A DNA stretch of 63,791 nucleotides, the filler included, from Folioceros fuciformis (taxonomy: Eukaryota): the NCBI GenBank assembly GCA_049999805.1. It is 8 parts of 8 records of this genome, joined end to end, with 100 filler letters (N's around TTAATTAATTAA, not from the genome) between each part and the next. Parts side by side here need not be neighbours in the genome. Positions count along the whole stretch, not along the records: positions 1 to 10,752 come from JBNGIO010005759.1; positions 10,853 to 18,669 come from JBNGIO010005763.1; 6 more parts are not named here. One strand, 5' to 3'. The notes beneath the pieces are model-generated. The model ran no database searches and was not told where the DNA came from. It was given only the letters and a program-made list of their open reading frames with translations. The position numbers and the translations under genes are program-made. Within the stretch, counting starts at the first letter, position 1. Each line of letters opens with the position of its first letter. Shown here one piece after another: positions 1-13,600 of the stretch.

Positions 1-875
1 CCTATCTATTAGCATATACCAAGTGCTACAGCAATAGGTCAGAATTCATGGTCTTGTCTTCAGCTCCTACCACAACACCAACCCTAGCCTCAACAAAATG
101 AGAACTCCAGCATTGTCTTCAGCCCTCGTTTCCAACTCCAAGTATCAATCACTTCAGTGCTGAGAGGAGGCTCCAGCCCCAAGTCTGGCCTCCAACTCTC
201 AGCACCTAGAGCTAGCTATCTCCGTAACTGAACGAGAGCCTCAACTTCAGCTAGCTCCTCACTCCAGCTTCAACACTTCATTTCACCACTTCAGCACCTT
301 ACCCCAGCATTTCAATCCTTCACTTCAGCACTTCAGCACTTCACTTCACCCTCCAGCCCCTCACTTCAGCTCAACTCCTCACTTCAACACTTCCACTTCC
401 AAAATTTGCAACTCAACCCATCTCTCCTGCAATTTAGAACACAACAACCTTCCCTCTTGCATCCTTCCCTTCAAGGCAGAGGTGAGGCCTAGGGCTGGGT
501 AGCCTCCTTGGCTTACGGCCCTGCAACCTCACCTCAACCAGCATGCAAGGTGGTCAGCCATTGCGGATCCGGCCAAACGAATCTTGGCAGTCTTGGGATC
601 CTCCACGTTCCCCTAGGGGCAAGGGAAATCAAGACCTTGGTTTAGTCTCAACCAGCTTAGCGCCCTAAGCCAGGAGTTCTGCACCCAAGGTCCAAGGAAA
701 TCACACCGTAGACAGCACCCTCCTCAATGGCAGGTCTAGCCTCTTATACTACCTTGGCCCAAACCTCCATCTCTATCTATTAGGGTTAGCCTCAGTCAAC
801 CACCCAGCAATCTCCCTCTGACCTAAGCCGCCCCTAATTCTGACCTAAACCTAACTCTGACCTAACCCTAACTTT

Positions 876-1135
876 TGATGTTTTTATAGAACGATAGATT
901 GATTAATAGCGAGCACAAGGCATGAATATTCAGCAATAGCAGCACACTCGCGTGTGTGTGCGTGAGAGACATAGTTGTAGCGGTTAGTTAGTTCTTGGTA
1001 CGTAACTATCTTGTAGTTGTAACTACCATGTAACCCTAACTTACTCGAAACGAAAAACTACATTAATATATTTATTTATATGTTTTATACCATATATAAA
1101 CCTAATTACGAGGTGCGAACCTAATCTATCCAACA
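876..1135 (-). repeat. 3' LTR of the copia element (about 260 bp)
   Basis: On the minus strand it starts TGTTGG directly after the PPT and ends ...CATCA at 876. The outer end is inferred from the terminal motif only. Confidence 0.65.
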
Positions 1136-1571
1136 CCCCCACTTGAGCTCATCGTGATTAGGTTTCGATGGCGACTGTCGCCTGGATTGATACTCTGTTG
1201 ATCAGTTGGATCGCCCAGCTCGAATTGACGCACAGCACACCCTGCACAGGCAACGGACTTCCACAGCATCTGATCAGACCTGCTCTCCTGTCCAGCACAA
1301 TTTTTGCGGAGGCGACTCTGTCGTTTTCAACTTCTCAGCAGCTCAGCTTCAGCCAGAGGAGGCTTCTTCCAGTTGGTTCGCTCAAGGGATGCACCCTGGT
1401 TTGCCGTGGACACAACTGGGCACCGCCCTCATTCATCTGCAGAACAACTGGACTCTACCTGCTGAGAATCGGTGTCGACAGCGAATCTACTCCTGGCTCT
1501 ACCTGCAACTTTTATGCAGCTGATGCGCTGTTTGAAGACCTGATCCAAGAAGATGCCGTGGCGCCGCCTTT

Positions 1572-4500
1572 CTAGTCATTCTTGCAGGGCCGAAGACCTA
1601 GTCTGCTTGCATGTTTGTTGTGCAGTTCCTTCGACAGGGCCTTCGTCAGTAGATCAGCTGGATTGTCTGCTGTAGAGATGTACTTGATGCGCATTTGTCC
1701 ATCCGCCACCACCTCTCTTATGAAATGGTGGTGGATTTCTATATGCTTAGTCTTTGAGTGAAACACTTGATTGTGTGAGAGCGCTATCGCTCCCTGGTTG
1801 TCACAGTGGATCACAGTTGCCTCAACTTGTGCCATACCTACATCAGATAAGTTCCTTCTGCACCAAATTGCCTCCTTGGCAGCTACAGTGAGTGCTTTAT
1901 ATTCAGCTTCGGTGCTTGAAGTGGAGATTGTGTTTTGCTTCTTGCTCATCCAGGATATGGGACCACCTGCTAACAAAAAAGCATACACTGACAGGGATTT
2001 TCTGCTGTCTAAGTCTGAAGCCCAGTCTGAATCTGTAAAACCCTCCAAGGTGAGCAACTTCTCTTCCATTCCTGCATAGACTATGCCGTGTGTTGGAGTC
2101 TGCTTAAGGTATCTGAACGTCCTTTTTACCTGACTCCAATGTTCTGGTGTTGGGTTCTCCAGAAACTGTGACTCAAGGCTGAGAGAAAAACCGATATCTG
2201 GTCTCGACACATTTGCAAGATAAATCAAAGTTCCCACTGCATGCCTGTACGGCGTTCTGGCCATATCCTCTGCCTCTTCTGGTGTAAGCGGGTCCTGGCC
2301 TCGTGCAAGCTTAACACCAGTCGCCAGGGGAGTTGCTGACCCATTTGCGTTTTCTAGATTAAATTTCTTTAAGCTGTCTCTCACATACTTATGTTGACAA
2401 ATGGTCAGCCTTCTGACCTTTCTGTCTCTAGCAATCTCAACTCCCAGGCACCACGTGAGCTCACCCAATTCCGTCATTTCGAACTCCTTTCTCAAGAGTG
2501 CTTTCACCTTCGGCAGCAAGCTATGCCTACCCTTGGTCGCAGCCAGGACCAAGTCATCCACGTACAGCAATAAAATTAAGAGTGAATCTCCCTCAGTCAT
2601 CACGTACAGGCCAGGGTCTGCTGTACCCTGCCTGAACCCCAATTGCTTCAGGTAAGAATCTATGCGTTGATTCCAAGCACGTGGACTCTGCTTTAACCCA
2701 TACAGGGTTTTCACCAACTTACACACCAAGTGTTCTGTTCCAGACTTGATGTAGCCCTCTGGCTGCTCCATGTACAAGTCTTCCTCCAATTTCCCATGCA
2801 GGAAGGCAGTTTTTACGTCCATCTGTTCCAAGTCGAGGTCAAGATGTGCTGCAAGTGCCAGCACCATTCTCAGGGTTGTGAACTTTACAACTGGGGCAAA
2901 AGTATCATTGAAGTCCACTCCTGGGATCTGTGAAAAACCTTGAGCTACCAAGCGTGCTTTGTACCTCTCAATACTGCCATCTGCCTTCATTTTTCTTTTA
3001 AAGACCCACTTGCATGAGATGGGCTTGCGTTCCTTCGGCAGCTCCACAAGAAGCCAGGTACCATTCTGAAATAATTGATGCATATTCATCATCTACGGCT
3101 TTCTTCCATTGCTTAGCTTCAGGTCCTGAATACGCTTGTGTCAGTGAAACAGGCTCGGACCCATCTGTAGTGGCTGCCAGCAGAGCCTGGATGTACGCAT
3201 TTGAATGCTTGGTGTCTCCCTCTATTTCAGCGATGCTGCTTGACACATCTCCTGCAGGCTCGCCAGTCAAGGCGGGTTGTTCAGAGGTCGCAGGTACACC
3301 CTCAGTTCTGGTCCTCAACATTTTTGTTTTGACCTTATTCACCCGCCAATCCTCCATCTCTAATGGAGGCTCTTTCCACTGTTTATTTCTCTCTCTGAGA
3401 TTATAACGACCTCGTGTTTCAGCTGCAGGAACCTCCTCAACAATGGGTATGTCACCATCTACTTCAGCATGCATATCAACTTCAACTTGCTGGTTCAAAC
3501 CAGAGTCACCCAGAGGAGTGCTGTCCAGTTCACCATCGTCAGGTTCAGGTGCGAAAGTTTCAGCATCTTCTTCAAAGTAAGAAACTTCCACATCTGTTGG
3601 TTCAGCATTCTCTCCTGCAGGGGACCACTCCAAGACATCTTCGTCCTCATTGTCAGGCTGATCCACTACCCCACCATCAGGATTGGGGCTGGAATCAGGT
3701 AAGACTGTACTTGATGGTTTTAACAAGCTCTTTTCATCAAAGATAACACTCCTTGCATGACTCACGACCCGTGACACAGGGTCATATAGTTTGTATGCTT
3801 TTATACCATCAGTATACCCAATAAAAATTAACTTCTGAGCTCTGTCATGCAGCTTGGTCCTACGCTTGGGTTTGGGAACGAAGGCATACGCAGGTGAACC
3901 AAAGATCCTTAAATGTTGAACAGCAGGCTTCCGACCCCACCATGCCTCGAACGGAGTAGTACCAGGTAACGCTCGAGTTGGCAGCCTGTTCAGTAAATAG
4001 TTGGCAGTGTTGATTGCCTCACCCCAGTAATGCTGAGGCAGACGTGCTTGCTTGAGCAGGGCTCGTGCTGTCTCCTGAAGGAGCTGGTTCTTCTTCTCAG
4101 CTACGCCATTGAGTTGTGCAGTGTACGGGACAGTCAGCTGTCGTTGGATGCCAAGACTCCGGCAATAAGCAGTGAACTCTCCTGAGGTATATTCCCCACC
4201 ATTGTCGGATTGAAGGCATCTCAGACTGCGACCATGATGGCGCTCTCCTAACTGCAAATACTCCTTGAAATGTTGCAGGGTCTCACTTTTATGCTTAAGA
4301 ATATACAGCATGCAATAACGAGTGCAGTCATCAATGAAGGTCAGGAAAAATGAGCCACCACCAATCGAAGGTACAGAGATGGGACCACAAATGTCCGAGT
4401 GCACAAGCTCCAAGGGGACTACAGCCCGATGTGCTCCTGATTTATCACAAGGTAACTCATGATGCTTGCCATAAATGCAAGCCTCGCACAGGGGCAAATC

Positions 4501-6035
4501 CCCCACTTGTCCTGGAATCCCATCTGAATATAATGTGCTGTTGGTCATGGCCAGGAGTTTGTTTCCATGCGGATGCCCACAGTGTAAATGCCAGACAGTT
4601 GCAACTTCTTCTGGAGACAAGTTCCCACTAATGCCTGCAACGTGCAGCTCAGGTAACCTGCTCCCTAACAGGCTAAGTTGATAAATGTCATTAACAGGGT
4701 AGCCTTCCGCAACAGCAACTCGCGGATCTCTACTCTCAACTATCGTGCATTTATCATCCTTGAACAGGACGTGCATGGGTAGGTCAGATGTCAACTTGCG
4801 TACTGACAGCAAGTTTTTGGTGACCGCAGGTACGTGCAGAACATCTGCCAAATCCAAACTTCTGCCATGATGCAACTTCAAAGTTACTTTACCAGTCCCA
4901 AGAATAGGTAAAGTGCTCTCATCTCCCAACATTACTGACTGCGCTTCATTGTACGGTGTATAGTCACTGAAGCATGATTTGTTATGGCAGATGTGCGCAG
5001 AGGCACCAGAATCAATAAACCAATCTAGAGTTCGAAATCCAGACGTGGTGAGGCACACTGTCAGAATAACTTGTGCAGGTTTCTTCTTTGGTGCATTCAC
5101 AGCATGTGCCTCAGGCACCCCAGCAGCACCCTCCTTCCTAGGCTCTCCAGCCTTCTTTTTATGGCAATCACGTGCCCAATGACTAGGTATTCCGCACCAG
5201 TTGCAATTACCTGTCCTCTTTGGATTGTTAGAGCTCTGTCCAGGTCCAGTTGACCTGCCCCCTCGACTAGCATTCCATGAACCTCCTCTGCCTCTTATAA
5301 AGGGTTTACCCCTACCAGCAAACAGGGCTTGCTGACCCTGTGTCTGCTGCCTTCCAGGTCTGGAGGCCAGCCGTGTGGCTTCCTCCTGCAGCATGGCTCC
5401 AACAACACCGTTAAATGTCATGGACTCTGCATCTAAATTCAAGGCCTTTGAGATTCTTGCTTCGACCTTTGCCATGGCCTGCTGGCCAGTGACAAACGGA
5501 CCATAACTTGGAGGTAACGAGCTCAGCAGCCTGCATGCTGCCTCATAATCCGTGACTTTCACTCCTGTAGAGCTCAACTTAGCACGTGCAATGCGAAATC
5601 TTGCAATGTAGTGCTCAACCGACTCACCCTCTGTCATGCGCAGGCTGTGATATCGTGCAGACGAGACATAGATGCAGCCATGTCGTGGGAGGCAAACATC
5701 ATTGCCAGATGATCCCACATGTCTTTTGCTGTGTCACCTGGACCATCAGAGGCCTGCCTCTGCATCTCAGGGGCCAGGCCTGACCTGATGAGATTCCTGG
5801 CTTTGATGTCTCCAAGTGCCCACACTGGATAATCTGCTGAAGTTACTGCAAGTTTTTCTACATCTCCATTCACCACTGCCCACAGGTTCTTTTCCTCGAG
5901 AGCTCCTTGCATTCTCATTACCCATATATCATACTCGCTGCCAGTGACCAGTCTGTCCTTCTCTTTAAATCCTCCGCTGGTCTGTGCCTGCAGGGCTGAG
6001 AGCATGTCCTCTCTCGCTTTGTCTTCATCACCCAT
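1572..6035 (-). pseudogene. copia gag-pol polyprotein with two single-base frameshifts (about 5655 and about 3070)
   Basis: Three overlapping ORFs (5634-6035, 2998-5718, 1572-3092) join into one polyprotein: ...MSRL/ARYHSLRM... and ...DDEYASII/QNGTWLLVELP... Confidence 0.9.
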
Positions 6036-6949
6036 TTTTTAAGTTTCTATACCACTTATAGTCTTCGTGTGAATAATGTGTGTTCACCGAGGCACGATCA
6101 GAAGCAGCATCAACCTGAGTGTTCAGGTCATGATTATCCTCACTAAAGTCATAGAGTCCTACCTCCTAAGCTAGTCTACTTAACTATTCAGGTGTTGTAT
6201 ACGAAATCTCCTGATCACTCATAGATCAGCAGCTCCCATCATGAGCTGAATCAGCTTGCTTTGACTGACACACTGCACAGGTTGGATGACCCTGCTTGGA
6301 CTGACTCGTCTGAGCGGCTCTCTCGTTTTCTTGCCAATTTGGCTTCATGATAACAAATATTTTCAAGTCAATTTGTTTCAAGTGTTCTTCTAACCTGACA
6401 ATATTGTCTGTCAAGGTATCTAAGGTGGTGAGAATGTGCTGGGTACGACAGAGGGCTGTACTCTTAATGTTATCAAGTCTTTGGGTCAAGTGGTGGAAAG
6501 CAACTGCAAGGGATTCGTTTGATTCTCTGGCAGGTTGACGAAAACGTTGTGGTGTGACAAGATCTCTCAAAACAAACTGGTTTCTACTCTGGAGTGACCT
6601 ACGATGGGCATGGATACTAGGATTGGCTATTGCTAGCTCAGGAATTCTATTTAAAAGATCTCTCCAGTCAGGACGACCTTTTCGAAGGGGCAGAAGAGCG
6701 AGAGAAGGAGCAGCAAGGGGTGACGCGCGAAGGCCAGGAGGAAGCCGCCAGCGGCGTGGGAAAGGGCGATAGTAAATGCAGGCTAGAATAGGATTTTTTT
6801 AGCGTGCTTTATTTGGACCTAAGTCGCTCAGAATTTAAGAGCATAGGTCCCCTGCCTGACAGACTTTATGGCTAAAAAAACCGCCATCACCGTGTACAAG
6901 AGGCCGGTTTGAAGGCCTAAGAAATCAACAAGAACCAGCCGAACTGTCG

Positions 6950-8150
6950 ACCTTGCAGGGACCTAGCGATGGCCATTGCTGGATAGGAGGTCCAGGCAAG
7001 CGAGCGCACGTAGCAACCTGGGGTGCGGGTGTAGGTGTGGGCGCTCCATGATCAGGTCCGGGGACGAATCGGGAGGAGGAGCCTCGCCGAGTGGGAGAGA
7101 AGCTCCCTAGCTATCCTCGAGGTGGTCACATGGGGTGGTGCGGGTGTCGGAGCCGAATCCGCGAGTGCGGAGTGGAAGTGACTCCTCTTCCCTTAGCTCC
7201 CGTACTCCACCATTCCTCAAAGTTAATAGGAGCCCAGGAGGGGCATCGGTGAGAAAGGGTTTAGGGTTTAGGGTTTAGGGAAGAATCGGAGAAAGGAGAG
7301 CGCGGGAGTGCGTGTGTGTGAAAAGGAGCAGGAGCAAGTGGCCGAGTAGTGGATAAGAGCGAATGCAAAAAGGAAGCCAGAAGGAGTGTAGCAGGGAGTG
7401 AAGCGGAGTGGAGGTGATTCGACGACTGTTGAGACGGGCAGAATGTATACAGAGAACTGGTGAGTGGGGTAAGAGAGAACAAATCCGGGGAGACCCCGGA
7501 GGCGAGGTGGGTAATGTGTGGGGTGCAACGAGACGTGGTGTGTATGAGTGACTGGTCGCGATGAGACCGCAGAGACTGTGAAGAAGCTGAATGAAGACTG
7601 CAGGGGGTGTATCTAAGGTGTGAGATCACGCGTTTGGAAGGCATCTAACAGATTGCTGCTATTCATGTGTGTGTGCGCTTGTTTTTGAGGTGAGTGAGGC
7701 GGTTTTGTGGTGAACCAAGGAACGGAAGCGCCAAAGGAGATGCGCGGGCAGGAGGTAATCAGTCGGGTAGGAACAACCCGGTGGAAGAGAAAATCCTAGA
7801 GAGAGGGAACTAAGAGAAATAGAGAGAGAGAGAGTGGGACCCACGAGCGGTAGACCGTCAGGCGACCGTAGCCCGGTGGGCAACCAAGAGTAGTCTAGGG
7901 GGAGGTAGTCCCTGGGGCAACCGGGTGGTCGAGAGGTCGCCAGGTGGGAGAAGTAAGGGGGCTTGGTAAGGTCCGAGCGCTGGACGTGTGTGTGTGGGTC
8001 AGTCAAGCTTTAGGTGTTAATTGACTTTAGAAGCTAACCTGTGTAGTTTAACACAAATCATTCCCTTGAGATCGAATCCCAGAGCTACAACGACATAGAG
8101 GGCTTGTGTGGACCTCACGGTACCCCCGGGTATCATATTTTAACCCCACA
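6950..8150 (-). mobile_element. Unclassified LTR-like insertion (non-coding, begins TGTGGGG on the minus strand)
   Basis: The neighbouring copia RT (...PCKWV) stops abruptly at 8151 and is replaced by TG-initiated sequence. The left boundary is uncertain. Confidence 0.4.
7256..7280 (+). repeat. Short plant telomere-type repeat AGGG(TTTAGGG)3
   Basis: Read directly from the sequence. Confidence 0.85.
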
Positions 8151-10752
8151 ACACCCATTTGCATGGCAACACCTGCTTGCCCTTAGGCAACCGAACCAAC
8201 TCCCAAGTTTGGTTCTTGTGGAGCGAATCCATCTACGACTGCATCGCCTTTTCCCGCTTGTCCTTGTCAGTCACTGACATGGCCTCTTGGTAATAAGAGG
8301 GTTCCCCACAATCGGTCAGCATGACATAATCAAGAGATGCAACATACCTGTCAAGAGGACGTGAAATCCCTCCTGACCTATGAAGCACAAGCGTTTGGAC
8401 CGGAGCTGGTTGCACTCTCTCCTCTTGTACAAGTGGAGGAACTTGTTCGTGCATATCACGACGTTCAACCTGCGCGGGACGGTCAAATCCATCTTCTTGA
8501 AAGACCACCCCTCGCACCTCCACAATTGGAGTAGGCTTCTTGTGCATCTTGGTCTCATTGAAGAACACGTCATTGTTGCGAACCATCCGCTTGGCTTCTG
8601 AATCCCATAGACGGTATCCCATCTCAACAGATTCACCATAGCCAAGAAAAATACATTTCTTCGACTTGGGTGCCAACTTGTCCCGAAACTCCTTCGGAAC
8701 ATGGTAGTATGCCTCGCAACCAAACACTCGTAGATGCTTGTATGACGGCTTCTTTCCAGACCACATCTCCTCTAGAACCTGTTCATCCACAGCCCTATTA
8801 GTAGATCTGTTAATAAGATGCACCGCAGTAGCCATTGCTTCTGCCCAAAATCCGTTAGGCAATCCAGAGTTCGACAACAAACTACGCATCCTCTCCTGGA
8901 TGATCCTGTTCATCCATTCGGCCACACCATTCTGGGGAGAAGTGTACGGGGCAGTCAATTCTCTCTTGATTCCCTTGGAATCACAGAACAACTGGAAAGC
9001 CTTCGAAACATACTCTCCCCCATTGTCTGTCCTTAGACATTTTAGTCGCAGGCCAAATTGATTCTCCACAAGAGTGACGAACTTCTGAAACACTGTCAGA
9101 ACATCATCCTTTTTCATCAAAGAATAAAACCACACCTTGCGTGAGAAATCATCTATGAAAGTGACAAAATAGGATGCACCGCCTAATGATATAGTGGGCA
9201 TAGGTCCACAAACGTCACTGTGAACCAACTCAAGAGGTTTACTTTTGTGTTCACCTCTTGCACCATGTGGTGACTTCGTCTGTTTCCCATACAAATAGTG
9301 CTCACACACGGAGAAATCGGAGAAGTCAAAAGCACGGACATAACCAAAACGAGATAAGATCTTCATTCCTTTTTGAGACAGATGTCCTAGCCGATTATGC
9401 CACAAGGAAACACTTGGCTGTTCCGTTACACAAATCACATAATCCTTGACAGTGGTTACCTGAAGTGAGTACAAAGTGCCACACTTGGATCCACGAGCTA
9501 ACACAAGAGAACCTTTGGAGATCTTCCAAGAACGGTCTCCAAACCAACAGTGGTAGCCAGCATCATCCAATTGCCCTGCACTAATCATGCTTTTAGCCAA
9601 CTTTAGAACATGCCTAACATCCTCTAGTATGAATGAAGATCCATTGTCAAACTTTAGCTGCACATCACCAACGCCTACAATCTCGCATGCGTAGTTATTT
9701 CCAAGCCGAACACATCCTTTCCTAGTAGCATTATAAGTGCTAAACCACTCCCTATGCGGAGTAACATGGAAAGGTGCTCCCGAGTTAATTATCCAATTAG
9801 AGAGTAAGTGACTCTCCAAGGCTGTCAGTTGTACAGAATCGAAGGAAGAAGAGGTAAGAACATCTCCATCATCAACAGAGTTCACCTCGTCACGCTTGAC
9901 ACTCGGACTTGCCTTGTTGTCGCTGTGCTTCTCCTCTTTTCCTTTGTCCTTCTTGAACTTCTTCCAGTCCTGCCTAATGTGACCCTTCTTGTGACAGTGG
10001 TAACACTCAACATTGATACGACTACGAGATTTACTACGGGAAGAACTTCGCTCCTTGTACTTCCCCTTTGAAGTGGACCTTCCTCTCACCATGAGGGCAT
10101 TGGAACCTTTCGAAGGTTTCATATTCTTTCTGTTCACCTCCTCTGTTAACAAGCTACCTTCTACATTTACAACGGTACGACCACTGGCAGATGCGGAATT
10201 ACTCAAAGCTGTACGAAAGGTGTTCTAGCTCTTTGGTAATGTGACCAACAGAAACATAGCTCTCATGGAATCTGGGAATGAGATACCTTGAGATGAGAGC
10301 TGGCTAAAAATGGTATTGAACTCATTCAAGTGATCGGACATCCTCGTCCCTTCCTTCATCTTCAAGTCCACCAGCTGTTTCAACCAATACACCTGAGAAG
10401 CCGCACTTTGCTTCTCGTACAGGTCACACATCTTCTGCCATAGCTCGAAACTTGTGGTCTTGTCTTTCACGTTGAAGTAGACCGACTTCGAGAATATTAG
10501 CATGATGGTAGACCTAGCAAGCTCATCTAGAACCTGCCACTCATCCTGAGTCATGCTAACGGGTTTCACTCCTAGCAGCTTGATGGGCTTGATCTGCTTC
10601 TTTTGAAGTAGAACATTATACACTTGTTCTTTCCAGAATGGGAAGTTAGTACCATCTAACTTCTCGATATTGAACATGACGTTTGCTAAGGACGTCATGA
10701 TTCAAAAAATCGATGCAAATCAACCAAAAGGCTAGTTAGAAAACGGTCGGAA
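8151..10752 (-). mobile_element. Ty1/copia (Tnt1/Tork-like 'family B') gag-PR-INT fragment with start of RT
   Basis: IEKLDGTNF gag start, CYHCHKKGHIRQD knuckle, VHSDVCGP and RTDNGGEY integrase. Nonsense TAGs at 10225 and 8233. Ends at the assembly gap. Confidence 0.93.
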
Positions 10753-10852
10753 NNNNNNNNNNNNNNNNNNNNNNNNNNNNNNNNNNNNNNNNNNNNTTAA
10801 TTAATTAANNNNNNNNNNNNNNNNNNNNNNNNNNNNNNNNNNNNNNNNNNNN
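10753..10852. other. Assembly gap with TTAATTAATTAA linker (also 18670-18769, 37374-37473, 46076-46175, 52035-52134, 56463-56562, 62136-62235)
   Basis: Identical 100-nt N-linker-N blocks. Confidence 0.98.
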
Positions 10853-13600
10853 CGCGCAGGGCGCGAGCGCTGCGACGCGGCAAGGGCAACGAGCGACACG
10901 AGCGTCACAAACACCGCGGGTGACGAGAGCGACACGAGCACGGGCGACGCGGGCGCAGGCGTTGGGCACGAGCGAAGGTGCGGGCTGAATCAATCCTGAC
11001 CATAAGGCATTAGAATCTTGAATCAGACGACAGGACTGTAGTCGTGAGCAACCGAGGCCTAAATTGTGGATAGCCGAATCAGAACGAGTTGTGAGGGTAA
11101 CTTTTAGAATCTACATTACATTTCAACCGTTTTCTAACTAGCCTTTTGCTTGATTTGCATTGATTTTGAACATGATGTCCTCAGAAAACGTCATGTTCAA
11201 AACAAGTGTGTAATGTTCTAGTGCAAAAGAAGCAAATCAAGCCCATAAAGTTGCTAGGGGTGAAAACTGTTAGCATGACTCAGGATGAGTGGCAGGATCT
11301 AGATGAGCTTGCTAGGTCTACCATCATGCTAACATTGTCGAAATCGATCTACTTCAATGTGAATGACAAGACCACAAGTTTCGAGCTATGGCAAAAGTTG
11401 TGTGACCTGTATGAGAAGCAAAGTGCGGCTTCTCAAGTGTACTGGTTGAAACAGCTGGTGGACTTGAAGATGAAGGAAGGGACGAGGATGTCCGATCATG
11501 TGAATGAGTTCAATACCATTGTCAGCCAGCTCTCAACTCAAGGTATCTCGTTCCCAAATTCCGTGAGAGCTATGTTTCTGTCGGTCACATTACCAGAGAG
11601 TTGGAACACTTTTTGTACAGCTCTGAGTAATTCCGCTCCTGCCAATGGTCTTACCGTTGTAAATGTAGAAGGTAGCCTGTTAACAGAAGAGGAAGAATAT
11701 GGAACCTTCGAAAGGTTCCAATGCTCTCATGGTAAGAGGAAGGTCCACTTCAAAGGGGAAGCACAAGGAGCGAAGTCTTTCCTGTTGCAAATCTCGTAGT
11801 CGTAACAATGTTGAGTGTTACCATTGTCACAAAAAATGTCACATCAGAAGGGATTGCGAGAAGTTCAAGAAAGACAAAGGAAAGGAGAAGAAGCAGAGTG
11901 ACAATAAGGCAAGTCAGAGTATCAAGTGTGACGAAGTGAACTCTGTTGATGATGGAGATGTTCTTATCTCTTCTTCCTTCGATTCTTCACAACTGACAGC
12001 CGTGGAGAGTCACTTATTCTCTAATTGGATAATTGACTCTAGAGCATCTTTCCATGTTACTCCGCATAGGGAGTGGTCTAGCACTTATGATGCTACTAAG
12101 AAAGGATGTGTTCGGCTTGGAAATAACTACGCATGCGAGATTGCAAGTGTTGGTGATGTGCAGGTAAAGTTTGACAACGAATCTTCATTCATACTGAAGG
12201 ATGTTAGGCATGTTCCGAAGTTGACAAAAAGCATGATTAGCGCAGGGTAGTTGGATAACGTGGCTACCGTTATTGGTTTGGGGATCATTCTTGGAAGATG
12301 TCCAATGGTTCTTTTGTGATAGCTCGTGGATCGAAGTGTGACACCTTGTACTCACTTCAGGTAACCACTATCAAGGATCATGTGATTTGTGTAACGAAAC
12401 AACCAAATGTTTCCTTGTGGCATTGTCGGTTAGGACATATGTCTCAAAAACGAATGAAGATCTTATCTCATTTTGTTACGTCCCTGCTTTTAACTTCTCG
12501 GATTTCTCTGTGTGTGAGCACTGTTTATATGGGAAACAAACAAAATCACCACATGGAGCAAGAGGTAAACACAAAAGTAAACCTCTTGAATTGGTTCATA
12601 GTGACGTTTATGGACCTATGCTCACTACATCATTAGGCGATGCATCCTATTTTGTCACTTTCATAGATGATTTCTCACGCAAGGTGTGGGTTTATCCTTT
12701 GAGGAAAAAGGACGATGTTCTAGTAGCGTTTCAGAAATTTGTCACCCTTATGGGGTATCAGTCTAGCCTCCGACTAAAGTGTCTAAGGACAGACAATGGT
12801 GGAGAGTACGTTTCAAAGGCTTTCCAGTCATTTCGTAATTCCAAGGGAATCAAAAGAGAATTGATTGCCCCGTATACTCCTCCCTAGAATGGTGTGGCTG
12901 AACGGATGAATAGGACCATCCAAGAGAGGATGCGTATTTTGTTGTCAAACTCTAGATTGCCTAACGGATTTTGGGCAGAAGCAGTGGTTACTACGGTGCA
13001 TCTTATTAACAGATCTACTAATAAGGCAGTGGATGAGCAGGTTCCAGAGGAGATGTGGTATGGAAAGACGCCGTCATACAAGCATCTACAAGTGTTTGGC
13101 TGCAAGGCATACTACTATGTTCCGAAGGAGTTTTGGGACAAGTTGGCTCCCAAGTCAAGAAAATGTATTTTTCTTGGCTATGGTGAATTTGGTGAGATGG
13201 TATACCGTCTATGGGATCCAGAGGCCAAGAGGGTTGTACGCAGCAACGACGTGTTCTTCAATGAGACCAAGATACACAAGAAGCCTACTCCAACTGTGGA
13301 AGTGAGACGGGTGGTCTTTCATGAAGATAGACTTGACCGTCCCGCGCAGGTTGAACGTTGTGATGTGCAAGAAACACTTCCTCCGCTTGTAGAAGAGGAG
13401 AGAGTGCAACAAGCTCCAGTCGAGGCGCCAGTGCTTCGTAGGTCAAGAAGGATTTCACGTACTGCTGACAGGTATGTTGCATCTCTTGATTATGTCATGC
13501 TGACGGATTGTGGGGAGCCCTCTTGTTATCAAGAGGCCATGTTAGTGACTGATAAGGACAAGTGGGAGAAGGCGATGCAATTGCAGATGGATTCGCTCCA
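10853..13600 (+). mobile_element. Second family-B copia copy (GC-rich leader, gag-PR-INT), degenerate
   Basis: ORFs 11206-13640 are clearly homologous to 8233-10698 and carry several frameshifts and stops. Cut at MDSLH by a TG-starting insertion. Confidence 0.93.

Larger units (their letters stand above)
876..6800 (-). mobile_element. Near-complete Ty1/copia LTR retrotransposon (gag-PR-INT-RT-RH, PPT, 3' LTR); 5' LTR not found
   Basis: Gag knuckle CNWCGIPSHWARDC, protease WFIDSGAS, integrase H-H-C-C plus HSDICGP/SDNGGEY, RT QMDVKTAFLHG/YVDD, RNase H TDSDWA/EAEY/DNQG/DLLTK. PPT (minus CTCAAGTGGGGG) abuts TG at 1135. Confidence 0.95.

Noticed and set aside
1-870. CTTCAGCA-rich low-complexity region with CCTAA motifs
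   Set aside because: Probably part of a repeat extending outside the window, with no diagnostic feature.
5634-5718. Programmed ribosomal frameshift in copia gag
   Set aside because: The shift falls inside gag, no slippery heptamer was seen, and a second shift occurs at the RT start; both are better explained as mutations or sequencing errors.
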